A stretch of 64,000 nucleotides of DNA. Source: Felis catus (lineage: Eukaryota). The stretch lies in NCBI RefSeq assembly GCF_018350175.1, contig NC_058368.1, positions 225,186,001 to 225,250,000 of the forward strand, read 5' to 3'. The notes below the pieces were generated by a model. That model did not search any database. It saw nothing but the letters and a program-made list of their open reading frames with translations, and was not told where the DNA came from. The translations under genes were made by a program, and so were the position numbers. Of this stretch, positions 26,619 through 39,870 are shown piece by piece; the first letter of the stretch is position 1, and each line of letters opens with the position of its first letter.

Positions 26619-26991
26619 GTGCTCATGGGCTCGATGGTTGTCTCCACAGGACTCATATGGTGAAACCGAATCCCCAGTGTGATGGCATTAGGAGGTGGGG
26701 CTGTTGGGAGGTGGTTAGGTCATGAGATGAAACACTCATGAATGGCATTAGGACCCCAGAGGGCTCCCCAGCTCCTTCTAGCCTGTAAGGACATAGCAAG
26801 AAGTCAGTAACAGTGTCTATAAGCTGAACGCAGTCTGCACGCCAGGAGAGGACCTCATCAATCAGACCCCAACTACGCCAGCACCTTGATTCCAGATTTC
26901 CAGCCTCTGGAACTGGGAAAAATAAATTTTTATTTTTTAGAAACCATCCAGCTATGGCACCTTGTTACAGTTCATCAAACAGACGAAGATA
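26619..26991 (+). mobile_element. MaLR solo LTR (MLT1A-like) inserted in an L2 fragment (~26300-27066)
   Basis: ccccagtgtgatggcattaggaggtgggg..ttaggtcatgag..ccagcctctggaactgggaaaaataaattt. Confidence 0.85.
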
Positions 26992-27266
26992 GTCTATCCG
27001 CAACCCAAGTTTCAAGAAATATGCCTGGAGCTTTTATAAGCACTTAAATATTCTTGAATGAATGGATGTATAAGTGATACGACTCCTTTGGGTCTAAGAT
27101 AAGGAGGACATGAAGATAGTCAGATACTTCCAAGAACTCTGATATGACTTTTCACTTGTTCGTGGTGCATCATAGAGATCATAAAAAGAACTTGAGTATG
27201 CGTCACTCTGTAAACATTAGTCTTGGAACTGCAAGTTCAGTCTCAAGCATTACAATTAAGGATGAT

Positions 27267-27490
27267 GGGATGCCTGGGTGGCTCAGTCGGCTGAGCGTCC
27301 AACTTCAGCTCAGGTCACGATCTCACACTCCGTGAGTTCGAGCCCCGCGACGGGCTCTGTGCTGACAGCTCACAGCCTGGAGCCCACTTCAGATTCTGTG
27401 TCTCCCCCTCTCTCTGCCCCTCCCCCGCTCATGCTCTGTCTCTCTCTGTCAAAAATAAATAAAAACATTAAAAATTAAAAAAAAAAAAAA
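27267..27490 (+). mobile_element. CanSINE
   Basis: Head, B-box, CT tract and A tail. Confidence 0.95.
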
Positions 27491-27620
27491 AGGATTAAAG
27501 AGACCCTAGGCAGCCCTCTCATTCAACCACTCCCGGGTGCAGAAGTTAAAGGACCTTATCATTGTCCTTAACTCCAATCCAACCAAAAATCCCAGTTCCA
27601 AGGGTGTCATGAGCACCACC

Positions 27621-27880
27621 GTCTTAGTCTGCTAAGGCTACCGTAACAAAATACCATAGACTGGGGCTCACACAGCAGAAATTTACTTCTCACAGTTCTG
27701 GAGGCTGGAGGTCCAACATCAGGCACCAGCACGGCCGGGTTCTGGGGAGAGCTCTCTTCCCGCCTTGCAGACAGCTGCCTTCTTGCGGTGTCCTCACAGG
27801 TGTCTCTTCATAGAAAAGCACTAATCCTATCATGAGATCCCCACCCTCAGGCCCTCACCTCACCCTAATTATATCTCCCG
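27621..27880 (-). mobile_element. MaLR LTR fragment (MLT1A/B-like)
   Basis: gtcttagtctgctaaggctaccgtaacaaaataccatagactgg..cagaaatttacttctcacagttctggaggctgg. Confidence 0.85.
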
Positions 27881-28988
27881 GGAGTGCTAACTCAGTTAAC
27901 GCTAGTGAAGTTTACACTCCATTGATCCTACCACTTTTCAATGCCCTCCTCCTCCCTGTTGTCCTCATTTCCCTACCTACGCTGTTTGAACTCTGTAGTC
28001 TTACATTTAAAGCATCCCCTTACATATACTAGTCAACCACGAGAAGCTCCACCACCCTGTGAGGTCAAGGCTATTATGAGCCCCATCTTATAGGTAAGAA
28101 CATCGAGGCACAAGGGAAAGGGCCTAGCCAAGATTCTAGTCCAGACTCCAGAACCCCCACTGTTGCTTGTTTCGTTACAGTTTACTCACCTGGTGTTTTC
28201 TTGCAGGTAGTTTATTAGTATTTACACTAAAGAGGCAGATTAACCAACGCTGCCTCATGGTATCGGCCTGCAGAAATAGTTGCCCATCGTGAACTGTTTG
28301 TTACCAGTCCGTAACGAGGTCAGTTCAGAAAGCGAGAGTCAGCGTTTGGAAAGATCACTTGTTAGAGTCATTCAGTGTCTGTTGACTCCAGCCATAAAAT
28401 CTGGTGCTTGCCCTCTGAGCCCCATTTTTAATCTCATTTTTCTGGTAGGTTATTTTAAGTTTATATGACAGAAGTGAAAGTCCAGGAGGGATTTGGAAAT
28501 TAAAAACAAACAGACAAAAACAAAATATTCTGTGCCTCCCCCCCCGCCCCCACCCCCCGCCGACGGGTCATTCTGAAGCACCGGTCTGAATGACTAAAAG
28601 TGCAAGTTTATTTATTCCAGTATGTTCCAGATTCCGATTTGATGAAAAGAGAAAATCTCTCCTATGCGATTATTGGTTATGAGCCGACTGTTCCAATGAA
28701 ATGGCACAGATAACCTTAATTAACATAGAACCTCAACCCAAAGCCTTCTTATATAAAAAGGTATTAAGTGTCACTCCCAATTTTTTCCCAACACTTCACA
28801 TCCCCCTTCACGTCACCTGACTATGTGAATGATTATCATACGGCAATATTTTCAATTTCACGAAAAATAAAATTTTGGCCTTTTTTGCCCATTCTGCCTT
28901 ACACACTACGCTTTTTTCTCATTATTGAAATTTCAGACTACTAATTAGAACAAATCAATAGTACATGGTCTCGTAATTTCACTCAGAT

Positions 28989-29155
28989 CAGGGCTTCTCA
29001 GGATTACCTGGAGGGCTCATTGAAACACAAATTGCTTCCTCCACCCTGTGTAAAGATTCTGATTCAGGAGGGCTGGGATGGGGCCTATGAATTTGCATTT
29101 CTAACAAGCTCCCACGTGGTGCTGAGCCTGGGTACGCAGACCTTATTTTCAGGAA
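28989..29155. mobile_element. MER5A-like hAT MITE
   Basis: ttacctggagggctcattgaaacaca..gattctgattcag..atttgcatttctaacaagctccca. Confidence 0.7.
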
Positions 29156-29624
29156 GCACCAAAAACCCCAGATCGCTTTGGGAATTCAGCCAAAATACTA
29201 CTTTGTTCAACTATTTGTGTATGGGAAATATTTTCAAATCTAATTTACCAACGTAAAGACATTTTTAAACAGATTCAGACTAACATCCAAGATATTTGAG
29301 AAATGCCAGCTCTTAAAAATGACGTATGCAAATGATAAACTTGACATACTTCTCAGCACGTAGCATTTTACACATTGTGGGTGTTTCATAAATGTTCGCA
29401 GAAAAGGAAGGAAACCAGGAGTGACGGAAAGTAAGGGGCCTGACTCGGTTCAGCAAAATGATTGTGAACGGAAGCGCTGGGACTTGGGATCGTGCGTGCT
29501 TTAATCTGTTCTAGAATAATAACCATGTTTCAGTAAAACTAAACTGTACTTGGCCAGATACTGTATTCCCTTAATTTGATCCCTCCCTCAATTCAAAAAT
29601 ATTGCCAAGGAATCTCAATTGTTT

Positions 29625-29833
29625 TTTTTTTTTTAATGTTTATTTATTTTTGAGAGAGAGACACAGCACCAGCGGGGGAGGAGCAGAGAGAGAGAGGGAG
29701 ACACAGATTCTGAAACAGGCTCCAGGCTTTGAGCTGTCAGCACAGAGCCCGACGCGGGGCTTGAACTCACAAACCGCAAGATCATGACCTGAACTGAAGC
29801 TGAAACTCAATCGACTGAGCCTCCCAGGCGCCC
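29625..29833 (-). mobile_element. CanSINE
   Basis: TSD ctcRattgttt. Confidence 0.95.
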
Positions 29834-29861
29834 CTCGATTGTTTAAAATATCACAAAACTG

Positions 29862-30085
29862 GGGGCGCCTGGGTGGCTCAGTCAGGTAAGCATCCGACTC
29901 AGGTCAGATCTCATAGTCCATGAGTTTGAGCCCCGCGTCGGGCTCTGTGCTGACCGCTCAGAGCCTGGAGCCTGCTTCAGATTCTGTGCCTCCCTCTCTC
30001 TCTCTGCCCCTCTCCTGCTCTCTCTCTCTCTCTCTTTCTCTCTCAAAAATAAATAAACAAAAAAAAAAAAAAAGAAAAGAAAAAG
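29862..30085 (+). mobile_element. CanSINE
   Basis: Head, CT tract and A tail. Confidence 0.95.
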
Positions 30086-30275
30086 AAATGTAATAACAAA
30101 CTGCCATCCTCTGATCTTTCCATTCCTTGGTGTCCTGTTCGTTCTGGTTGGCAGTGAATGTGTTTTATAGACTGATAAAGAGTTTCATTCACTCAGCCAT
30201 TTTTCTATCAGCTCCCATAAAAATTAATGGAAACTCTTAAAAAGACAAAAACAGCTCAAAGCTCAAGACACCAAC

Positions 30276-30498
30276 TTTTTATGTTATGTTATGTTATGTT
30301 ATGTTATGTTATGTTATGTGAGAGAGAGACAGTGAGTGGTGGAGTGGCAGAGAGAGAGGGAGAGAGAGAGTTCCAAGCAGGCTCTGTGATGCCAGTAAAT
30401 AGCCCGATGTGGGGCTTGAACTCACAAAACCGTGAGATCATGACCTAAGCCGAAACCAAGAGTCGGACACTCAACTGACTGAGCCACCCAGGCGCCCC
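30276..30498 (-). mobile_element. CanSINE with (TATGT)n tail microsatellite
   Basis: Head ends ggcgcccc 30498; flanks caagaca. Confidence 0.93.
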
Positions 30499-30914
30499 AA
30501 GACATTAATTTATTTTAAAGGGACTTTTGGCTGCTGGTTGCCTTATATATGGTGGTGACCCTGGATTCAAATGCCTGGAATATTGGGGGGAAAGTAATCG
30601 CACCTTCCAGTACCTCACATTGTTTGCAGCAGGTAGATCTGTTCCCTCAGTCCAAGGAAAGATTTCATTAAAAACAGCTTGCATTGTATAAACGTAAATG
30701 AATAGCACTTCCTTCAGAGTTGATTTGCGTTAGCACGGAAGCATGAAATAAAATATTCATGGTGCCTTTTGTGCAGGCAACACGCATGAGCTTTTAATCA
30801 AACACACTGTAGGACAGGGAACCCCTGAGTTCAAACACGGATCATTGGGCCCTACTCCGGAATTTCTGAGCCCAAAGGACTGCGATGAATCTGACCACAC
30901 GTATTTCTCACTTG

Positions 30915-31076
30915 GAGAATTTCAAGTTTAGATAATTTTTACATGTCACAAAATAGTATTCACGTTTTTTTAACCATCTAAAAATATAAAAACCATTCTT
31001 TGCCCACCAGCCGTGCAATATTAGGCAACAGACCAAACGTGGCCCACGCAAGGACCATAGTTTGCAGACTTTTGAC
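30915..31076 (+). mobile_element. MER58B-like 3' fragment
   Basis: tttttacatgtcacaaaata..aaaaccattctt..gtggcccac..ccatagtttgc. Confidence 0.65.
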
Positions 31077-33554
31077 TTAGAGCATTGATTTTCAGACTTG
31101 AATACTATCAAAATCACCTGGGGGAGCTGAAAATACTTCATCCAATAGGAGAATTGGCACAAACCCAGTAGGTAAAAACGACACAAGCAACCAAGTCTTC
31201 CACGTTAATTGATTTAAAGTCCTCCTGGGAATTGGTTTCTCTCAGAGGTAACCTGACGCCTTTCCTAAGGAACTACCCCAATTCTGACTGTTTCACACCA
31301 GTACGTGCACCGCCTTCAACTGGCAACGTCAACCTCGAGTGCTGCTGGTCGCCAGTTGGCTTCTCATTCTTCACCTCAATTCAACTGCCACAGCTGTTTG
31401 CTAGGAATTCTCCTCCCTTTCCATCTACAAGGTTCTTAAAAAACACAATTAGAACAAACACGACTCCTTGAAGGCGGGTTTGTTTTGCTTTGGTGAGGTT
31501 TGGGGCGGGTTGTCCTACAGTCTCCTGTTTCCTGAGCCATCCTGATTTCTGCTCAGTGTCATTCAGGTGACAATATTTGCTACTCTGGGATCTTTCTGTG
31601 GTGCTTCTGGAAGTTCGGTTTCGGAAGTCACATAGGTGACAAAACACTGGATCCCTACCCCGTCCTGATATGTGCAGTTCAGTCTCTGACTCAGTTTCTA
31701 AGGGTAGGCATCGTCTTGTCAACCTCCCAAATAGATGTGGTGAAGTCTTCTGGATCAGTCCAATTCATCAGTTCATTGTTAGGGTATATTCAACCCAGCC
31801 AGCTGGTATCCTTACTGCCTTTACGACTCGGTGATATGCAAAATGCTTCTTAGTTAAATAATCTTACCTTAGACTATTTCAGATTTATCACTAGTCCAAG
31901 GCCTCTCTTACAATCCGTCAGCAACATCTTGCATGTCTGTGCAACTAAATAAACACGTACTTTATGCTAATACAGGGTCAACTTAATGGACTGCCACCCA
32001 TCAGCCATCTGTGCTGGATTGCCATCATTCTTCCTGACATCCATGAATTACAACTCAGCCAAGGGTTCTAGCAATAAATCCAAGAGGTGATTTTTCCATA
32101 TTTTATTGCCTATAAATTTTATGAAAAAGAAAATTGAGGCCTGGAGAATTTAACTAATTAGCACAATGGAACCATAGTTGCAAGAATTACAACCCAGTTC
32201 TGGTTATTTGATTAAAGTAAAGATCCAGATCAAATATTCAGCCAGAGTTCCCCCCCCCACCCCGAACAGGGAGGAGTGGAAATATATTATAGACTTGGAA
32301 AGAGGGGGAAAAATTATACATATATGCATATATCTGTATACACATGTATATAGATATACATATTTATCTATATATATAAAATGTAGTATAATATATTTCA
32401 TATTTAATTATAAATAGTATGAACCAAAATATAAGAAAAGAAAAAATTGAAATGTGGTAAAAAATAATCATGCATATTTCAAGGAATACAGGAAAAGGAA
32501 AGAAATTACATTCTATATGAGAATGCGGCAGAAATGTTCCCTAAAAGGAGGAAAAACTAAGAGTAAGAAATTAGCCATATATTGGTCACATTTATACAAT
32601 GACCTTTAGACTTTTAAAAATTCAACCCCATTTTTTGTTTTCACCGCAAGACGGTATGTGTCCCAGAGTACGTACTCGATAAATGTTTGTTGAATTAAAT
32701 TTAAATTAGTTTGGCAACATAATTTCTTTTTCATAGTGCTCCGAAGGAAAAATCATTAAATGGATTTTTTTTTTTAATCCTGCCTTTCATAAACGTCTCT
32801 ATAGTGCTGTCCCAGTTGAGGATTTTTCTGTTTTGCTTCTTGTCCGCGCTAACTCCCTTCTCTGCTCTCGTATTAAAATTCCAAGGTAGAGAGATCTGTC
32901 AAGTCCCTACTATCAAATCTCAAAGAATTCAGCAAACAGGCTAAGTGTCGAAGCTAACTGGTTTCTTTAAGGAGTCAGCTGAACCCCAACTTTGGCTGTC
33001 CTTGTTCCATGTTAACTACCCCAGGCAGAGAGAACAGAATTTTTGTGTGGGTTTCAATTCTCTGTTTGTGTCTGTCTAGAGTTTGCAAATACCTTTCACG
33101 TTATTATAAAGAAGAGCAGTTTGGGGAGGACTTTAGAACTCCAGTTGGAAATCAGTGTAATCAGATCTTTCGCTGCTAGTAGGCTTCAAGATTCATTTAA
33201 GATCCCATCAACCTTTAGAATTGTTTCTAATGCAGTCTTCAATTTCCATGAAGAGTTTACATCAGTAAAGTCCAACTGCATAAACTCGCCACTTTTCCAA
33301 ATAAAGGTTGTGGTCTCAAAAGGCTTAGAATGTATCTTAGAATTCATACTCGCCTACAATTGATAAAATTATACTGAGCAACAGAATTTCACATTTGCAA
33401 AAGATTTCCTTTATCCTTCTTATTCTTTAGACGTGTCACATGATCAGGTTAGGGGGAGGGTAGCTAACCAGATAACTTTCCCATCTAGGGTGATTTCCCA
33501 TTTATTTAAATGCGTAGCACTCTTTGCTACACATATGTGCATTATAATTAAAGC

Positions 33555-33720
33555 TTAGGATGGGTCGGAAAGGCCATCTGGTCCCACCTTCTAAATTTTC
33601 TGATGAGGAAACTGAGGCCTAGAGAGATCGAAACCCTCTCCTGAGGGAAGGAAAATTCGAGCCAGAATTAGAAACAAAATCTAATGACCCCCAGATGATT
33701 CTTCCCTCCACTATAACGTC
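33555..33720 (-). mobile_element. MIR
   Basis: Core ttttctgatgaggaaactgaggcctagagag. Confidence 0.7.
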
Positions 33721-33954
33721 ATATCATTTTTCTGCACCGTCTTTTAACTTCTTGTTTACCTGTGTCTCATCTTGCCAACTGGACTGTCTTTAGTTTAGTT
33801 CCTACACTATTCAGTCAGCATCATCTCTGTTCAAGGCATTGTCCTAGATGTGGAAGCAGAAGATAAATTACACCTGCCCTTCCCCTCCCCGCCCCCCCAA
33901 CTGTTAGTCTCCTATGGTGATTAACAATGAAGAAAATCAGGACTGGATACTGAT

Positions 33955-34212
33955 GTTTGTTCATTCACCAAAAGGGTATTGAACACCGGCCCTTACCAGG
34001 CACTGTTTTAGGTACAACGGTGAATTGAAATAATCAATTTCCTGCTCTCATAGCGATTATATTTAATCGGGAGGAGAGGCAGAAAAATTAACAAATAAAT
34101 ATATCATTGGCGAAAAGTGCTATAAAGACAAACACGGGAAGAGGAACAAAAAATAACGGGGACACCGTTAAAGGTCTTGCTAATAAAGTGACCTTTGAAC
34201 CAAGACCTGAAC
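33955..34212 (-). mobile_element. L2 3' end
   Basis: ttcattcacca..tattgaacacc..ccaggcactgttttagg..tttgaaccaagacctgaa. Confidence 0.65.
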
Positions 34213-34344
34213 TAAGGGAGACCAGCTCAGCTGCTGGGCCATTTCCACTGGGCCCATCAGACGTGCTGCAAGTTGGGAATGAAAAAGTGTGAGTATAGGA
34301 TTCTAGAAAATGAGACCCCTTTGGTTTGGTGCTAGGTTCGGTCT

Positions 34345-34895
34345 TTTTAAATTACTGTTACTGAGATGAAATTCACATAACGCAGAATGAGCTATGAAAC
34401 GTGTACGCTTGGTATTTAGTACACTTGACCAGTGTGCACTTGACCGGGGTTTAGTACATTCACGATGTTGTGCCACCACGCCCCCCATCTCTAAAACACT
34501 GTCATCTCCCCGGAAGGAAACCCCGTACTTGGTAGCTGTCACTCTCCATTTCTACCAGCCCCCGGTAACCACCGACCTGCTTTGTGTTTCTATAAATGTG
34601 ATCTATGCTGGGTATTTCATACAAATGGAATCATGCAGCATGTGAAACCTTGTATTTTCGGCTTCTTTCACTTAGCATGCTATCCAAGTTCATCCGTATT
34701 GGGACTGTGTTCGTTCCTAGCACGTCATTTGTTTTATGGCTGAATAATATTCCGCTGTTTGTATAAAGCCCTTTTGGTGGATTCAACCCTAGGTCACCAT
34801 TGGGCTGTTGCCACCTTTGACAGTTGTGAGTAAACGCTTCTGTGAAAATCGGTGTAAACAGGTGTTTGAGGACCTGTTTTCAAATTTCTTCTTTT
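34345..34895 (-). mobile_element. Old L1M (L1MB-like) 3' end
   Basis: gagatgaaattcacataac..ttagtacattcac..atttcatacaaatggaatcat..ggcttctttcacttagcat..ggctgaataatattcc. Confidence 0.85.
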
Positions 34896-35071
34896 TAATC
34901 TCCCTTCTTCATCCATTCCTGAACCATTCTTAATCCACTCCTGAGCAAAGTCATGCTCAGAACTTTGAAAAATGTGTACAATGACTCCGCAGTGATAAAA
35001 GGCTAAATATATTTTGACCCCCTCAGTGAGGGCCCAGCACAAAAGAAACCCTCTCAATAAATAGCAGTTGT

Positions 35072-35279
35072 GGGGTGCCTGGGTGGCTCAGTCAGTTGAG
35101 TGTCCGACTTCGGCTCAGGTCATGATCTCACAGTTTGTGAGTTCGAGCCCCGCGTCGGGCTCTGTGCTGACAGCTCAGAGCCTGGAGCCCGCTTCCGATT
35201 CTGTGTCTCCCTCTCTCTGCCCCTTCCCCACTCAGGTTCGGTCTCTCTCTGTCAAAAATAAATAAAAACCTCAGAAAAA
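35072..35279 (+). mobile_element. CanSINE
   Basis: TSD aataaatagcagt. Confidence 0.95.
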
Positions 35280-35758
35280 AATAAATAGCAGTAGTTATTA
35301 TTATTAATAATAAAAACAACACAGTGCTAAATAGCACAGGGTTGAATGTAAACTCCGTAGAGAATTATTCCAATCTGGGCAGGGGTGAGTTGGGGAGGAG
35401 ATCTAGCCTGCCCCCACAACTCTTCATCCACCTCAGACACTTCCCAGTGATTGGAGAAATCGGCTGGAATTTTTCTCAGCATTCACGTAGTTTATCTGCC
35501 ATCCTGTGAAATATTCCCAAGTCGCCAGGGGACTTGCTCTGGGTTTTGCCCTGAAGTTACACAAACTCTGTGGTGAAAAGCAAATGCAATGAGGTGGTTG
35601 TGTTTCTCCTTGTGTAACTTGGCTTCCACTGACTCTCTTATTTACTTAACACACAACTGCTGACATCATTGCCTGAAACAATATCAAGCAGGTCTCATCC
35701 CAACTCGTTTGCACCCAAAGTCAACACTATTTACATGAATTGTGACAACAAAAATTCC

Positions 35759-35985
35759 TTTTTTTTTTTTAATTTTTTTTTTCAACGTTTATTTGTTTTT
35801 GGGACAGAGAGAGACAGAGCATGAACGGGGGAGGGGCAGAGAGAGAGGGAGACACAGAATCGGAAACAGGCTCCAGGCTCTGAGCCATCAGCCCAGAGCC
35901 TGAAGCGGGGCTCGAACTCACGGACCGCGAGATCGTGACCTGGCTGAAGTCAGACGCTTAACCGACTGCGCCACCCAGGCGCCCC
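35759..35985 (-). mobile_element. Young SINEC_Fc
   Basis: TSD caaaaattcc; near-identical to the 16044 and 42612 copies. Confidence 0.97.
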
Positions 35986-37312
35986 CAAAAATTCCATTTT
36001 TATCCAGAGCCAAATACCTGCTCAAATAATCACTCGAAGATCATTTGAAGTCTTTGGATTTTCAAGACGCGCTGAGCTGGAATTTAGGAGACCTTGAGAT
36101 ATCCCTAGTCTTTCTGCGACTTGTTTTGTGACTTCAAAGGATACACCACTGGCAAAACTCTGCTGCCCCATCACATTAAGGTTATTTTCTCTGACGCTGT
36201 GTATCTCATTAAAAGTTGCAAGACTTACCCTGTATTTGCGTTTACTGAATCTGGTCACTTCGGTCAAAATGGTTATGCGTTGTACAAGTGACCGCTTAAC
36301 TAAGACCATATTTCAACTTCTGATATCAATTCTGCCTTCTTGTTTTAAATCTCAGCTAAAGGATCCCCTTCATGTGTTACAACATTAATCAGGTGGGTGA
36401 AAGGGTTTCCATAACTAGGCTAACTGCCATTTGCAGTTCGCGGCCAATGCTAATTTAACGTCCTCGTGGAAGTGACAGTTTTAAGAAAGACGTGTCTTCC
36501 TTCAGCAAACAAAACAGTTCTCTTCACAATAAACGAGATCCTGTTCACATATTTGCACTTAGGGCTCCTTCACCGACAGAATCAAATTCTGGTTTTAGTC
36601 GCTGTGTCGTCGTCCTCCTTCTCAATGCATCAGATTACAAAGGGAAGCTTTCTGAAAATTCTCCACAACTGTTGAAAAAGAAGGACAGCGACAAGGGGCC
36701 TCTCCTCGCTTGGAGCCAAGGGGCCCCAGTGAGTTAGCATCACAGCTTAGGCCAAATTCCAAACAAAATAAATACCTTTATAAGCGAAATTTACCTATAG
36801 GAAACACATTTCCCAACCTTGAGAATTTGTTGCCATTGACTCAGTAAACTGTACCCTGTGGACCAGCACAAGGTCTCCAAGACACCTAGTCTCTGATGCC
36901 ACCATTTTCACCTTCCAACTAGAAGGGCTTCAGGAGCCAGGATTTGTACCTCTGGTGCCTGGCGATTGTTGTTGTGTTTCTGAATAAATATGGAAACGAG
37001 TAGGGGCTCGCTTCACGCTGGCTGCTGAGCAAATAACGCTCAATAAATTTCCCTTCCTGGAACTTGAAAACTCAAGGAACGAGCAGTGATGGTATTGTCG
37101 ACACCATCAGAAGTATTTTAATCCTTTGTTTGCAATTATTGAAAAGGTTATTCTGGAAAACAAACGAACAAACAAACAATAATTTTGTACGAAAGCGCCA
37201 TTTTCATTTGGCTCCGGAAGCGGTGTCTATGGTCAAAAAGGTTGGCGGTGCCTCAAGAGGGGAACGAGTAAATAAATGATACCCGGTGTTCTCTAAAAAC
37301 AGTTCGACATGG

Positions 37313-37548
37313 GGGGTGCCTGGGTGTCTCAGTCGGTTGAGCGTCCAACTTCGGCTCAGGTCATGATCTTGCCGTTTGTGAGTTCGAGCCCCACATCAGG
37401 CTCTGTGCTGATGGCTCAGAGCCTGGAGCCTGTTTCCGATTCTGTGCCTCCCTCTCTCTCTGCCCCTTCCCTGCTCGTGCTCTGTCTCTCTCTGTCTCAA
37501 AAATAAATAAAAACATTAAGAAAAAAAATTAACAAAACAAAACAAAAC
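37313..37548 (+). mobile_element. CanSINE
   Basis: TSD aaacagttcgacatg. Confidence 0.95.
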
Positions 37549-38057
37549 AAACAGTTCGACATGCCCTGAGAAGGCATGACTTCCAGAACATACTGTTAAG
37601 TGTAAAGTAAGTGTAATGAGTATCAGCCTGCACAGTATTAAGCCGTGTCCCCGGGGTGTGGACATCTCAAGCAAGGGAGGAAGGTTTGTATTGTCTCAGA
37701 TGGCCCCAGGGGTGAGGACATCTCAACCAGGGGAGGAAAGTTTATATTGTCACAGCTACGCCTCACTGGAATCCACGGTGGATTGTCTGCCCCACCCTCC
37801 AGCCCAGCGAGGGAACAGGGCTGTGAACATCTCGCTGGAGTCCTCCGGGAGCAGTTATCTGCGAGATTCTGGGCCTTGTCCCCGTGATGACAACTTCTAC
37901 ATGGGAGGATCCCCCAAAGAGTATGTTCTTCCAGGGAACAGTTTACTCCAGGTAGATCCCTAGAGTCATAACAAAAGAGGACTCCTCTGCGACAAGACCT
38001 AGCTGCAGACAAACAGCTCAGAGTTTTCAGACTAAGCAGAGAAAAATTATGGGTACA

Positions 38058-38261
38058 AGGGCACCCACGTGGCTCAGTTGGTTAAGCGACAGACTGTTGA
38101 TTTCGGCTCAGGTCATGATGTCACAGTTCGTGAGCTTGAGGCCCCGCGTCGGGCTTTGTACTGACAGCGTGGAGCCTGCTTGGGATTCTCTTTCTCTCCC
38201 GCTCTCTCTCAAAGTAAATAAATAAATTTGATTTGTTAAAAAAAAAAAAAGAAAAAAAAAA
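38058..38261 (+). mobile_element. CanSINE
   Basis: Head ggctcagttggttaagc, CT tract, A tail. Confidence 0.9.
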
Positions 38262-39299
38262 GTATGCAACAGACTTCAGAGAAACCCGGGAGCAGCGGCA
38301 GAAGTGAGGGCCACAGAAGTGGGGGGGAGGTTCTCAGAAGCTGGATCTTAGTATTTAAGAAGCAGCAGTGCCAGTGGGGACATCAGCTCAAGCCACCAAC
38401 TGGCTGCTCAACTAACATCTCAGCAAATTTGCCACAGGGCAATGGTGGGTTCTTTGAAATACCCGGAGCTGCAAGGCTGGTGTAGATGTGGAGATTGAAG
38501 CCTGAGAAGAGTCCAAGGAGATGTCACGAGGCTTTGTCTGCAGTGAGCAAGAGCCTCCCTGGGGACCACCAGGGACTGGCCAGGTGCCAGGCAATGGGAC
38601 TCTTTGCTGCCCACAGTCACAGAGGTGATGGGAGTCTTCAGGATCACCCCAGGGGTGGATATCTAAGGAATGAGGTGTTTGGGTTTCCTCCTCTTCCCTC
38701 AACTAGATTTGGCACAAAGCAACATGAAGGTGATGAAGGCTTCCAGAATAAAATCAGCCTGAGAACGGCATTGCCCAAGGCTACATTGGGGGAACTCGAA
38801 GGATGTATCAGAGAGGATAAAGGGCATTATTAGCAACAAGCTGACTATGTGACCATCCCAGTGTTTATCGAAGGCAAGAACTTGGCAAGGGGATTCATGC
38901 GAGAGACCGAGAGATTCATGTTTACTGACAGAAACTGTTGCTAGAACAAATAAACATATCAAGAAATTTCTCATGACTGATACAATCCATTCTTTCCCAT
39001 TTCCATGATTTGATGAAAGTGCATGATGGTTGTACTATACATGTGACCATAATTACATTTTATTTCATCTGAATTCTATTCCAACCATCCTAAATTTGCC
39101 CCAGGCCACCCCTTAGTAGTTTAGAGAGGTTTAGGACCACTCAAGAATATTCACTAGAGCTTTCTTTTGTTCTGTGATGAATTCAAGCTTTTAAGAATAA
39201 ATTATATATAAGTTTTCTTTCCCTTAATATGCCATTTATAACTAAAGAGTATATATAATCCATTTGGGAAATATATTGCTATCCAGACTTATATTATTT

Positions 39300-39870
39300 T
39301 AATATACTAGTATGATATAATCTATTATATTATATTATTATATATTATATATTTATATGTTATATTATACATATAATGTTAATGTATGTATACATTATAC
39401 ATATACATATAATATACATATACATATAATGTATATAATATATAATGTACATATAATGCATATAATATACATATACATATAATGTATACATATATGTTAT
39501 ATTATACATATAATATGTATAGCTTATACATATTATATATGTATAGTATACTATACTATAGTATAATAGTATAATATTATATAGTATATTATTCCTATAT
39601 AATATATAGAAATATATTGCTGTCAATATAGAAATACATTGTTTTAATATGCTATTCTAATATATAACATAACATAATAACAAACTATTATAATATGCAA
39701 TACTATTATATTAATAATATAGTATATTACATATACTGTGCAATATTATGCTATATTATATTATGTATATTATTATAACATATTACATTACATTATATTA
39801 TACTATACTATATTATGTATATTATTATAACATATTATATTATATTATATTATATTATATTATATTATAA
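39300..39870. repeat. Long degenerate TA-rich low-complexity tract ending in (TATAT)n
   Basis: Direct read. Confidence 0.9.

Noticed and set aside
36022..36309. Minus-strand ORF with a consensus donor (cagg|gtaagt near 36221-36230)
   Set aside because: A single donor-like motif is expected by chance; no acceptor or homology support, though a lncRNA exon cannot be excluded without RNA data.
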